Positions 1 through 10,844 of a stretch of DNA of 64,000 nucleotides are shown piece after piece; the stretch's first letter is position 1; the number at the start of each line of letters is the position of its first letter. The stretch is taken from NCBI RefSeq assembly GCF_963921235.1, contig NC_086097.1, positions 22,384,001 through 22,448,000 of the forward strand, given 5' to 3'. The notes below the pieces were generated by a model. That model saw only the letters and a program-made list of their open reading frames with translations, was not told where the DNA came from and did no database searches. A program made the position numbers and the translations under genes. This stretch comes from Mobula hypostoma. Lineage: Eukaryota.

Positions 1-130
1 GCATCTCGCTCCAGCACCAAGGCAATATGCATCACCGTCTTGGTGTGCCGTGTAGCAAGTTTGACTTGTGCCAGGTAAGACTCCAGGCAGCTGGTACTGT
101 CGTATCTGGGAAGCTTCAGGGTGGACTTTA
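1..130 (-). mobile_element. Gypsy-type gag fragment, runs off the window edge
   Basis: Minus strand translates KSTLKLPRYDSTSCLESYLAQVKLATRHTKTVMHIALVLERDA, resembling the P-x-YDG...E-x-YLAQF...HLALAL N-terminus of Gypsy gag proteins. Confidence 0.45.
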
Positions 131-294
131 TGATGTGAATTGCTGAGTTGTTGTGTGAATTGTTTTAAGTTGTTGGCCTGGGGTAAATTTAGTAACACTG
201 ATATTTATGCACAGACAATAAAGTGCAAGCTTCGATTAATTCAGAGCTGTGAAGTGAATTGTCTAACCTAGATTAACTGATGATAGATCAACAG

Positions 295-553
295 TTCAAA
301 GTTCCAAAAAATTATCAAAGTACATCTACGTAACCATATGGTACCTTAAGATTCATTTTATAGAATCACGTTCACAGTGGAACAAAGAAATACAATGGAA
401 TAAACGAGAAACTACACACAATGACTGACAAACAACCAATGTGCAAAAGAAGACTACCTGTGCAAATATAAATAACAATAATAACAATAATGATGAAGTA
501 AATAAATAAAACTGAGAACATAAGATGAAGAGTCCTTGAAGATGAATCCACAG
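295..553 (-). mobile_element. 3' UTR/tail of a Rex1/Babar-like LINE, split from 4404-4800 by the Gypsy insertion
   Basis: Minus strand ends in a TTTGAAC-type tail. The sequence reads on at 4404 once 554-4403 is removed. Confidence 0.55.
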
Positions 554-1502
554 TGTTATGTTTTGTAACTTCAAAACATTAAACTAATTGAAAAGAAAAG
601 ATAGGAGTCTGAAATGTGAGGCTAGCTTTGTTTTGTTTACTGTAGTTCGAGACACGCATGAATGATGATGTAAGGTATTCACTTATTTTTACATATAACC
701 CATAATGAATAACTTAAATGAACAAGAATGCTTAATCAACCAATAAATTTACAATATTACTCAAATATTGAGTACTGAGTGCCTCCCTGGAGGGGGCAGA
801 AGATGGTGGTGCGACAGCAGTGCGCGCGGACACTTGGATGATGATATCTGTTATCTGTCAAGTAGGGGACTGTGCACAATCCTGATTTGATGGAGATAGA
901 TGTGAGAGCACGGAGAAGCATCTGGAAAATTTCTGAAATGCCTGCTTCGCTGCCGCTGCTCCTGTGTGGTAACCGGAATCTCCGGAGCTGAAGGCCTCGA
1001 AATTCTCAGCTTTGCGTGTTTCAGCGGCCGGGGAGAGGTCAAAAGCGCTCAGCAGCGGAAGGCGCTCGGGAGGCTGTATCGGAGAGGCTGGTCGGAAGCT
1101 TGGATTTTTCGGACAGATGGACTCAGTGTCGGCTGTGGTCGACTGCTTTCAAGGCATCGGCAAGTTGTCGGTGCCTGGAGGTTTATGGCAGGGAGTTTCT
1201 CCCTTTTGCTGCCTGCTATCGGGACTCGGGAGTCAATCGACTTGGGACTTTGAGACTTTCTTTTGACTGTGCCTATGATCTGTTCTTCATCAAATTATGG
1301 TATTGTTTTGCACTGCTGCAACTATATGTTATAATTATGTGGTTCTGTCAGTGCTAGTCTTTGGTCTAACCTGTTTTCTGTGATATCATTCCGGAGAAAC
1401 GTTGTATCATTTCTTAATGCATGTATGCATTTCTAAATGACAATAAAAGAGGACTGGGTGTTCTCATAATCTAAATACTACTGAAATATTAAATATACAA
1501 CA
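554..1502 (-). repeat. 3' LTR, interrupted by an insertion at about 770-1472
   Basis: Begins TGTTATG on + at 554 and ends ...ATACAACA at 1502. Shares ATTCACTTATTTT...CAAGAATGCTTAATCAA...TTTACAATATTACTCAAATA with 4295-4403. Confidence 0.75.
770..1472 (+). mobile_element. Non-autonomous non-LTR retroelement, family A (about 0.7 kb)
   Basis: AAGATGG near the 5' end and an AATAAAAGAGGACTG...CATAATCT 3' end. Homologous to 9545-10205 and 27490-27724. Interrupts the LTR. Confidence 0.7.
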
Positions 1503-1513
1503 CTCCTCCCTGC
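1503..1513 (-). other. Polypurine tract (PPT) of the Gypsy element
   Basis: Minus strand reads GCAGGGAGGAG immediately before the TG that starts the 3' LTR. Confidence 0.65.
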
Positions 1514-2245
1514 CTAGCAATAAACTCTAACTGAAGTTAGAATGCATCTCAACTACATACGCAGTATACTATATAATGCAACTACTATACAGATGTCCAC
1601 AGCACAGTAAATTTTTAAGTTGCACTATTCGGGCCTAAAGATTCAGTAGCTGTGAGGCTTTCTTACTCTTGTCGGATAATGTTTTTCCTGACAAGGGCAA
1701 TCACTCTGCTTGGCTGGTGAGACTTGTGGCCGTGAAACAATGTCAGTTTCTGTGGAGGCTGTAGGAGCTGACTCAGAGACTGCAGGAAATGGTTCCGACA
1801 GCTTTGGATACCTTAATTCTGTTTTTCTCACCTTTTCTCTCTGGATTTACTTGCTTCTCTCCCAGTCCTGTCTTCATTCTCTCCCTCTATCCTGCTCTCA
1901 ATCCCTGTCATGGTCTATCTCTATCTCTTCACTCTTTTCCAACTGGTCTCCTCACTTTTTCTCACCTTCCTTTTTCTTTTTCCTCAGATGCGCACCTTGG
2001 TCTTCGGAAGGTGCATTTAGTTCACAGGGGTATTCCCTTATTAAACCTTCTGCTGTTGCCTTTATGATCATATCTCTCCTCTTGGTTTTCTCTTCCACAT
2101 CATCATCTGACAAATCCTCTGTTTTCGTATGTCCATTGACTCCTTTTTTTTTGGCCTTCCATTCATCCAGCTGGGCTTTGGTCTTTTGCACCTACTTTTA
2201 CAAGCAGCTTTTTGTCTCCCACTTGATGTTCATCTAATAGTCTTA

Positions 2246-2826
2246 ATCAAATCAAATCAAATCGAGTTTAATTATCATTCAAACATGTGTGGTTACAGCT
2301 GAAGGAGGCAGCATTTCTCTGAGGCCAAGGTGCAAAAAATACATGAGCATTCAAAACAGTGAGAAAGAAAAGAAATACGTGGTCATGCAAGGAAACACAT
2401 TTTTAGTCCAAGACAACAGATTTTTAGTCCAAGACCGTGAGTGACAAGTCCTGCAAGTCCAGCCTGGAATTCCACTGATCCACCACTGGAGGGTAGTACC
2501 GACGGGAGAGACCACCCCCGACTGAGTATGAAAACTATATGGCTTGAGGCCTAGACGCGTTACAACGGAGGCTACGCTGCAGCCTCACTGCCTGCTCACC
2601 ACCAAACAAGGGAAACAGGCCTTGCTTTTGTAAGAGAAACGTCGAAGACAGTCACTCAGTGTTTCTCTGTATGCTCGCTGATGCAGTAGACCTGCTGTGC
2701 TTGCAGTTATTGGAGTCCAGTATAGTCTTATGATCATAAAAAAACACATTTAACAAAGAAAAGAGCACTTATGTTTGGCCCCTGAGAGGCTGCTGCATCT
2801 GTATGCACCGCCATCTTACCAGAAGT
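2246..2826 (-). mobile_element. Non-autonomous non-LTR retroelement inserted in the RBM25 retrocopy
   Basis: 5' ACTTCTGGTAAGATGGCGG and 3' (GATTT)n tail. It splits RBM25 between STLCA and LRLL. Confidence 0.7.
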
Positions 2827-3007
2827 GAGGCACACAGAGTAGATTCTGATTCTTTTTGTTCACAAAAGCTGAATGCTTGTAACTTTCCTGAAGCTCCTTG
2901 AACTCTCTTCCAGCACAAAACCAAGCCACATTTTGCAAGTACTGCCTGATTAACATATCAGAAGCTTTCTCAGATATGTTGCCTACAAAAACTGTTGTTT
3001 GTTGGAA

Positions 3008-3235
3008 GCAACACACATAAAAATTGCTGGTGAACACAGCAGGCCAGGCAGCATCTCTAGGAAGAGGTACCATCGACGTTTCAGGCCGAGACCTTCGTGA
3101 GTCCTGACCAAGGGTCTCGGCCTGAAACGTCAACTGTACCTCTTCCTAGAGATGCTGCCTGGCCTGCTGCATTCACCAGCAATTTTTATATGTGTTGCCT
3201 GAAATTCCAGCATCTGCAGATTTCCTCGTGTTTGC
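3008..3235. mobile_element. Penelope-like pseudo-LTR remnant, two inverted halves, 14-bp TSD
   Basis: GTTGTTTGTTGGAA at 2994-3007 and 3236-3249. Inverted arms centred near 3100. Same family as 48594-49379 and 55403-56031. Confidence 0.8.
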
Positions 3236-4269
3236 GTTGTTTGTTGGAACTCTGTTTTCATCACTTTCACAATTCCTCTGAGCAACATAGGCTTTCTTGG
3301 TCCAAGAAGCTTTTCAACCAGAGGCACAGGGGTTGGTACCAACACCTGTTTGCTCTCTGTTGGGCAATGGTTCATGGTGGTCAGCATGGACACAGTTGTG
3401 GCATCAACCAGTACCTTTTGTAATTTTCTTTCTGTTGACTCTATTGAAAGGGATGTGGCATGCAAATGGTGGGTGGATCTCCAATCAAGTTGTAGTTGTC
3501 TCTGACAATCATGGTCCCACAATGCTGTCCCTCCTGATTTTATCACATACAAGACCAATGTAGCTTGTTAGATGTTCTATTTCACTGTTACAAATGTCAT
3601 TCCCATAGGAATCATCTTTTCTCCAGAATAATTTCTGAGCTGGATATCTGCAGGCTTCAGTTCAGTATCTTTGAAATGTTATTCAAACACATTTTGTGGA
3701 ATGACTGAAACAGCCCAGCCAGTGTCCAATTCCAATTTGTTGTTCACTTCTAGTGTAAACCATCTTGCTTGTCTGTTATTAGTTTTCACATTGTGAATCT
3801 CAAGGCTATTGCAGTCTTGTGACACTCCCATCACCAGATTTTTTATCAACCTTCATGTATGCAAACTGTATGCCTTTAAATCCAATGCACAGAGCAAAAT
3901 TGGCACTTGCTTCTCATTGGCTATTCCATTTGCTTAAAGTACTCCTCGATAACTCAGTGTACATGATCCAGTTATCCACTGTTCAATGATCTCTCCAATT
4001 TAGCCAGCCATCTCTGCTCTTTTTTTATTTATTAACGTTATTATCCGGTACTCACTGTTTATGGTGGACCCGTGAATTTTTCCATTTTCTACCTTTTTTT
4101 TAACTCAATCGTCTTTGTTTTTGCGAAGAAAATATGCTGCACCGTAGAAAAAAAATGGGCTGTGGTTTTTTTTATTAAACTTGACCATTTCTCTCTGCAT
4201 TTTTTTAAAAACTCAGGCATTTTGCTGTGCATCAAAAGGCAGGTTGCCGTCTGGAGTGCGTTTAAAATA

Positions 4270-4403
4270 CGTGGACACGTATCAGGTGATAGTGCCATTC
4301 ACTTATTTTCACATAAGGAATTATTTAAATGAGCAAGAATGCTTAATCAATCAATATATTTACAATATTACTCAAATACTACTGAAACATTAAATGCACA
4401 ACA
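4270..4403 (-). repeat. 5' LTR, partly deleted; PBS not visible
   Basis: Direct similarity to the 3' LTR; ends ...ATGCACAACA at 4403 on +. Confidence 0.7.
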
Positions 4404-4800
4404 CATTGATTGTGGAAGCAGTTCAGAATTGAATTGAGTGAAGTTATCCTGGCTGGTTGAGGAGCCTGATGGTTGAAGGGTAATAACTGTTCCTGAACCT
4501 GGTGATTTGGGACCTAAGGCTCCTGTACCTCCTTCCCAATGGCAGCTGTGAGAGGAGAGCGTGTACGAGATGGTGGGGTCCTTGACGATAGATGCTGTTT
4601 TCTCCTGGCAATGCTCTTGGTGCATGTGCTCTGTGGTGGAGAGGGCTTTGTTTGTGATAGACTGCGGTTTTGGCGGGCTTTTCCATTCTCGGGCCATAAT
4701 GCCGCCAGCCAGGATACTCTCCACTGAGTATCTATAGATGTTTGTCAATGTTTTAGATGGTGTGCTGAATCCGCACAAACTTCTACGAAACATGCTCTCA
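4404..4800 (-). mobile_element. Rex1/Babar-like LINE, RT C-terminal fragment
   Basis: YRYSVESILAGGI and HALLSQLPLGRRYRSLRSQITRFRNSYYPSTIRLLN are the characteristic Rex1/Babar C-terminus. Confidence 0.75.
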
Positions 4801-5229
4801 TGATTTCAAGGGGCTCTTACACAGAATCCTAATCATTTTCTCAAATGCATTTATACAGCACGAACTGCGCTTTATCTATGCACATAAAATTAGTCAAGCA
4901 TATCATGAATTATTTTTCCGCAGGTTTTGATTGATGACATATTAAACCCACAGCTCTTGACCTCCCATTCCCATTTAGGATAATTAGACTTAACATGCTC
5001 TGAGAGTCAGAGATATATGAGGTCAGAAGCCAGGTATGTAATTTTACAAGGTCAACAGCCAATGAAGTATTGACAAACTATCGTAAGCACACTGGGTCTA
5101 GTTGTTCAATGACATTTCAGAAGACTGAGGGAACACTTTTATAGATAAAATGCTGAGAATTATAAACAGTACAAAATCAGAAAGCTCAAACTAAGTAAAT
5201 CTGTCTTTAAATCTGACATAATTTTAAGA

Positions 5230-5500
5230 TGCTTGGAAGGAAGTATAAGCGGGGTGGAATGTCAGAGGTAGGTTTTCTACACAGAGAGTAGCGGGTGTGT
5301 GGAAAGTACAGCCGGGGCTGGTGGTGGCAGCAGATACATCAGGGATGTTTAAGAGACTTTTGGATAGGCACATGGATGAGAGATAAATTGGAGGGCTGTT
5401 TGGGAGGGAAGGGTTAGACTGACTTTAGAGTACGTTAAAGGGATGACACATCATGGGCTGAAAGGCCTGTACTGTGCTGTACTGCTCTATGTTCAATATT
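5230..5500 (+). mobile_element. CR1 LINE 3' end
   Basis: TTTCTACACAGAGAGT (FFTQRV-like), GGGCTGAAAGGCCTG and a CTATGTT tail. Confidence 0.7.
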
Positions 5501-5522
5501 GTGGACAAATTAAAATGAAATA

Positions 5523-7105
5523 CAGGTGCCCCCGCTTTTCGAATGTTTGCTTTACGAAACCTCACTGTTACGAAAGACCTACATTAGTACCCTGTTTTCA
5601 CTTTCAGAAGGTGTTTCCACTGTTACGGAAAAAAAGCAGCGCGCGATAAAAAATCAGCGCGCGAAAAGTCAGCGTGCAATAAAAGGCAGCGCGTGCCCCG
5701 AGCAGCCGCTCCCCCCCCCCCAGATTCTCGCCGGCATTGCTTAAACACGAGCCTGTGACCAGCCGTTTGCAAGATGAGTTCTATGGTATCGGAAAAGCCT
5801 AAAAGGACTCGTAAGGGTGTTACACTTAGCGTAAAACTAGACATAATTAAGCGTTTCAATCATGGTGAATGAAGTAAGGACAAAGTGAGTTTGGCTTGTG
5901 GAAGCTGACCAACATGATGTTGAAGAGGTTTTGGCATCCCATGATTAAGAACTGACAGATGAAGAGCTGATGCAATTGGAAGAGGAAAGGATAACAATCG
6001 AAACCGAATGACTAATGATAAAGTACGACTTTAATTTTGAAAGGGTATGTCGGTTTAGGGGATATTTGCAGGATGGTTTGAGTCCTTACAAAGAACTGTG
6101 TGATAGAAAAATATGCGAGGCTAGCAGTCAAGCAAGCCTTCCACATCAGCCACAGCAGACGACAAACCTCGACCTTCGACATCGAGGCGGCCAGAGATAG
6201 AAGATGACCTGCCTGCCCTAATGGAAACAGACGATGACGAGATGACACCCCAGTGTCCCACCACCCCAACCCCCAGGCCGCGGACAGATACAGATTCACG
6301 GAGAATGCAGCAGTAGCCGGGAGGCACACAGCACATCTTTAAGAAAAAGGCCGAAATAAGCATACTAATTAATTAGGTGCCGCCGACACGTAATTGTCGG
6401 CCCAGATCAGAGACGACGCAATCAGAAATCGGCACTGATCTGGGCCGACAATTATGTGCCGGGCGGCACCTAATTAATTAGCATGTTTGTTTCGGCTTTT
6501 TTCTTAAAGATGTGCTGTGTACCTCCCGGCTACTGCTGTACCCCTGCATGCTTCGCGCAATGTATCAATCGGCAGCCCAGAGGGTGGGGGCCACTGCACC
6601 ACCCAACCTGTGATGACTCAGCCTAACACACCATCATCAGTGTGCTCGGTGCTGTCTTCCCGACTCCGGTAAGTGATACTACACTGTACATACATTATTT
6701 ATACTTTATATCGGCTGTGTATTTTCATGTGTTACTTGGTATGATTTGGCAGCTTCGTAGCTTACTGGAGAGCGCTTGCGCAGTGTTTTTGCCAACAGCG
6801 CTTGCGTGAGATTTTCTGCCGACGGCGCTTGCGTGAGGTTTTCGCTACGGAGAACAGTGCAGTAATGATTGTGGAAAAGTATTTCTACTTTATATAGGCT
6901 GTGTATTTATCATATCATTCATGTTACTGTTATTTTAGGTTTTATGTGTTATTTGGCATGATTTGGTAGGTTATTTTTTGAGTCTGCGAACGCTCACAAA
7001 ATTTTCCCATATAAATAAACGGTAATTGCTTCTTCGCTTTACGATGTTTCGGCTTACGAACCGTTTCATAGGAACGCTCTACCGTCGGATGGCGGAGGAA
7101 ACCTG
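5523..7105 (+). mobile_element. Tigger/pogo-like DNA transposon, internally deleted
   Basis: TA flanks at 5521-5522 and 7106-7107. Imperfect TIRs CAGGTGCCCCCGC / GCGGAGGAAACCTG. At 5774 MSSMVSEKPKRTRKGVTLSVKLDIIKRFNHGE (CENP-B-type N-terminal HTH) joins directly to the acidic tail DVEEVLASHD*ELTDEELMQLEEE; the DDE core is absent. Confidence 0.8.
6306..6540. repeat. Long inverted repeat (about 105-bp arms, 24-nt spacer) inside the Tigger-like element
   Basis: Left arm 6306-6410 (TGCAGCAGTAGCCGGGAGG...CCCAGATCAG) pairs with 6435-6540 (CTGATCTGGG...CCTCCCGGCTACTGCTGTA). Confidence 0.9.
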
Positions 7106-7249
7106 TAATGAAGCAAAATGACGCTCACAGGTACAGGCAGAAAAGAAAGGGTATTCACAAAAATGAATACTTAAATTTAAGACAAAGATAATCCAGAAGT
7201 TGCTTTGAATCCTGGGAATTAAAGTGTCAACAAATAACAAATGAGCTTT

Positions 7250-7650
7250 TGCACTCATTGGAGTTGAGAAGAATGAAGGAGCTTCTCTTTGAAACCCACT
7301 GCATATTGAAAGGCCTGGAAAGAGTGGATATGGAGAGAATGTTTCCTACAGTGGAGGAGTCTAGGACCAGGGGGCACAATCTCAGACTAGAAGGATGTTC
7401 CTTTAGAACAGAGATGAGGGGGAATTTCTTTAGCCAGAGGGTGGTAAATCTGTGGAATTCATTAGTAGAGATGGCCGTGGAAGCCAAGTCATTGGGTATA
7501 TTTAAAGCGGAGTTTGATAGGTTCTTGATTTGTAAGGTCATCGAAGGTCATGGGAAGAATGCAGGAGAGTGGGGTTGAGAAGGATAAAAATTGGGTGTAA
7601 TTCAATGGGCTGAATGGCCTAATTCTTCTCCTATGTATAATGGTCTTATG
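7250..7650 (+). mobile_element. CR1 LINE 3' end
   Basis: SLELRR...ILKGLERVD...TRGHNLRL...NFFSQRVVNLWNSL followed by 3' UTR. Confidence 0.85.
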
Positions 7651-8571
7651 AATCTAGTTCCCTTCCAGGGAAAATCGTGCAAATTCATGTTCCATTTAAT
7701 GAAACTACCTGGTGGCCAGCCAAGTCTACCACGTGAAGCTCCTTCTATCTCTATACATTTCAGTTGTCTTATTTTCAAAGTGGGAGGCTTAAGTTTTGTC
7801 AAGATATTTTCACACCCCTGGCACTAAGAATTCACTCCATAGCTCTCTGCTGTACTGCCTCAGGGTTTCGAAGTCTTCTGTATTACTTGGCAACCAGAAT
7901 TGGATGCAGTATTTATGGAGCTATATCACTGCAACATTATAAAGTTAGTTCACAAATTGTTATGAGTACAAGAGCCTGAATTTTTCATAACTCATTTTTT
8001 GTTAGACGAGTTAGAGCAGAAGAAAAAAGAACTGTTTTCACAGAAAACAATTAAGAAGATTGCTTGCTTCTCTGGCTAAATGCCAGAGACATTGGTATTT
8101 GCTTTGATTCTTTGGCCAACTAAATTAACAGATTGTCCAATATGAAAGAGTAATATCACTCAATAAAGTGCCATTGGGTATTAGCATAACAGCAGCTTAA
8201 GCCATCTAGAAGAACGCAAATTGATTTAAAAACATGAATTAAACCGTAAGAAATTCAAAGTAGAGCTTGAAAAGAGACAACATCTATTGAACTATTTCTT
8301 TAAGAGGAGATGTTGCCCTTTACAATCTCCAGTTAAACAACACAACTTGGGAATTCATTGCTGAATTAAAATTTGAACAACATCAACATAGGTTGATCTT
8401 GTCAATTATATTGACTGGTGGTTTCCTTAATCCATTAAAAATAATCTCACATAATCACTATTGTTCAGAACACTAATCAGGCATCACCATACCTGCCTTA
8501 ACCTTGGAATGGATGCTGTAGAGATGATGATAATGTCTGGACTAAAAGAGTTAAATTAAAAAGACAATATA

Positions 8572-9128
8572 CCCTCAGTGGCCATTTTATTAGGTACACC
8601 TGTACACCTGCTCATTTTGATAGACCAATCATGTGGCCACAACTCAATACATAAAAGCATCCGGACATGATTAAGAGGTTCAGTTGTTGTTCAGACCAAA
8701 CATCAGAATGCGATCTAAGTAACTCTGTGACCGCGGAATGATTGTTGGTACCAGACGGGTTGGCTCGAGTATCTCCGAAACTGCTGATCTCCTGGGATTT
8801 TTATGTACAACAGTCTCTGGAGTTTATAGAGAATGGTTAAAAAAAAAAATGAAAAAAAAATCATCCAGTGAGCAGCAGTACTGTGGGCAAAAATGCCTTC
8901 TTAATAAGAGAGGTCAGAGGAGGATGGCCAGACTGGTTTTAGCTGACTGGAAGTTGACAGTAACTCAAATAGCCATGTGTTACAACAGTGGTGTGCAGAA
9001 GGTCATTTCTGGACACACAGCACATCGAACCTTGAAGTGGAAGGGCTACAGCAGCAGAAGGCAAGAAACGTACACTCAGTGGCCACTTTATTAGGTACCG
9101 GAGGTACCTATAACGTGGACACTAAGTG
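8572..9128 (+). mobile_element. Tc1-like non-autonomous transposon (N-terminal HTH only) with an extra terminal TIR pair
   Basis: TA flanks. TIR CACTCAGTGGCCACTTTATTAGGTAC. ORF 8738-9094 MIVGTRRVGSSISETADLLGF..TTVSGVYREW...RGQRRMARLV is a Tc1 DNA-binding region with no DDE domain. Confidence 0.8.
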
Positions 9129-9544
9129 TACATAGACTAGATTTAGAGTTGAATTTGATAGACTGAGGGGTGAGCTAACCTGGATGCTTGTGAGGGAACG
9201 TGGTGACCTTAAAATTAGAATCGGATGATATTAGAAAGTACTTTACACTAAGTAGGAGAAATCTGGAACTCTATCCCCCAAATAGATGTTGACTTTATGT
9301 TTTGGACAAATGGATCCACTGAAAATGTCTAAACTCAGAGAATGGATAGTTATTGCACAAGTGAATAAGTGGTCATGGAATTAAGGTGTTTAATTAGAGC
9401 TAATCTGATATTTTTTATCATTTAATGTTCAAAGAAGGGTAAATGGATTACCTTATTTTCCTCATTCCTATAAATGACCATTTGTCTAGAAATTAAATGA
9501 CCCTGCTTTTAGTGTACTAAATTAATCCTGTGTATTGCTAACAC

Positions 9545-10205
9545 TAGATTAGATTAGATTAGATTAGATTATGAGGACACACAGTCCTCTTTTATTGTCA
9601 CTTAGTAATGCATGCATTAAGAAATGATACAATTTGTTCCTCCAGAATGATATCACAGAAACACAAGACAAACCAAGACTGAAAAAACGGACAAAAACCA
9701 CAAAATTATAACATATAGTTACAACAGTGCAAAGCAATACCGTAATTTGATGAAGAACAGACCATGGGCATGTAAAAAATAATCTCAAAGTCTCTCAAAA
9801 GTCCCATCATCTCACGCAGACAGTTGAAGGGGGAAACTCTCTTCCTTCCATGAGCTTCCAGCCAGCGCCACAAACTTGCTGATGCAGCACCCTGGAAGCA
9901 CCTAACCACAGACCGACTCTGAGTCCATCCGAAAACTTCGAGCCTCTGACCAGCTCTCCGACACCGAGCACCGAGCACCATCTCTGCTGAGTGCTTCAAC
10001 CCCGGCCCCGGCAACAGGCAATAGGCAAAGCTGAGGATTTAGGGCCTTCCCCTCCGGAGATTCTCGATCTCACAGTAGCAGCAGCAGTGAAGCGGGCATT
10101 TCAGAAGTTTCTCCGGATGTTCCTCTGTGCTTCTCACGGCTGTCTCCATCAAATCAGGATTGTGCACGGCATCCTACTTCACAAATACGATATCATTCGG
10201 AGCAG
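9545..10205 (-). mobile_element. Non-autonomous retroelement, family A
   Basis: Reverse-complement homolog of 770-1472 with a (TAATC)n tail at 9545-9571. Confidence 0.75.
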
Positions 10206-10844
10206 CCCCTCACTGTAAACAGTCACAAAATTAGTCCATGCTTTAAAAAGTGTTATTGTCAGCAGATATTAGAACCTGACATCAGGATTTACAGACTTCA
10301 TATTTTGCTCAGCAGATAGAGGTACTTTAATGCCATTCACAGCTCATCAGTAACACTCTGAAAATGGGTCAGCACTCTCAAGGCGAACCCTCCATTGTAG
10401 ATTCAAAAGACAGGATCAAACGGGTAAGGGGCCAATACCAAATACTAGGAGTGGGAGGGGAGAAGATGGGATAACAGCATGTTGGTCTCCCAAAGGAGAA
10501 ACAAACAGAATTATCACACCCCATTACCTAACAATTAAAAGCAGCCTTCAGGACCACACATTAGAATTCAGTGAACTCCAGTGAACTCCCAACTGCAGAT
10601 CACAAAAGCCTTAAACTGCACTGAGAGCTTCCATGCCCAAATCTGAATACAAGACAAAATTACAGGATGATTTTTAACACATATGTAATGCTGAGGCAAT
10701 GCTTAAAACCATGTGAACTTCACTTCATTCAGTGTGAATGATCTTTGTTAAACTGTGAGTTTATTACAAAGGTCTTAAGCTGGATCCCTCTGATCTGATT
10801 TCCATTGGTAAGTAATGAGTGCTACACCCAACAATGATGTCGTC

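Larger units (their letters stand above)
1815..3345 (-). pseudogene. RBM25: Processed fragment of RNA-binding motif protein 25 (RRM and start of the RE/RD-rich region), frameshifted, with two later insertions
   Basis: Collinear peptides VLVPT..V.K.LGPRK; TTVFVGNISEKASDMLIRQ; QAFSFCEQKESESTL; RLLDEHQVGDKKLLVKV; TKAQLDEWKAKKK; TKRRDMIIK...LIREY..ELNAPS...RKKKKE; then RDRD-rich sequence. These match vertebrate RBM25 as I recall it. No introns between blocks other than recognisable TE insertions. Confidence 0.9.
554..4403 (-). mobile_element. Degenerate, internally deleted Gypsy/Ty3 LTR retrotransposon carrying an RBM25 retrocopy
   Basis: TG...CA ends. Two homologous LTR copies (about 675-767 plus 1473-1502, versus about 4295-4403). 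Polypurine tract next to the 3' LTR. gag start MAG*IG..DNWIMYTE..EEYF..NGIANEKQVPILL from 4011. Protease DTG at 3726-3718. LYVIKSGG.ALW...QLQLDWRS after the protease. Integrase-tail HYPTRVRKP at about 1650-1690. Imperfect 5-bp flanks CACAG/CATTG. Confidence 0.8.

Noticed and set aside
1815..3345. RBM25 as a functional gene with exons
   Set aside because: It has frameshifts and stops, lacks the N- and C-termini, its interruptions are TEs without splice signals, and it is embedded in an LTR element.
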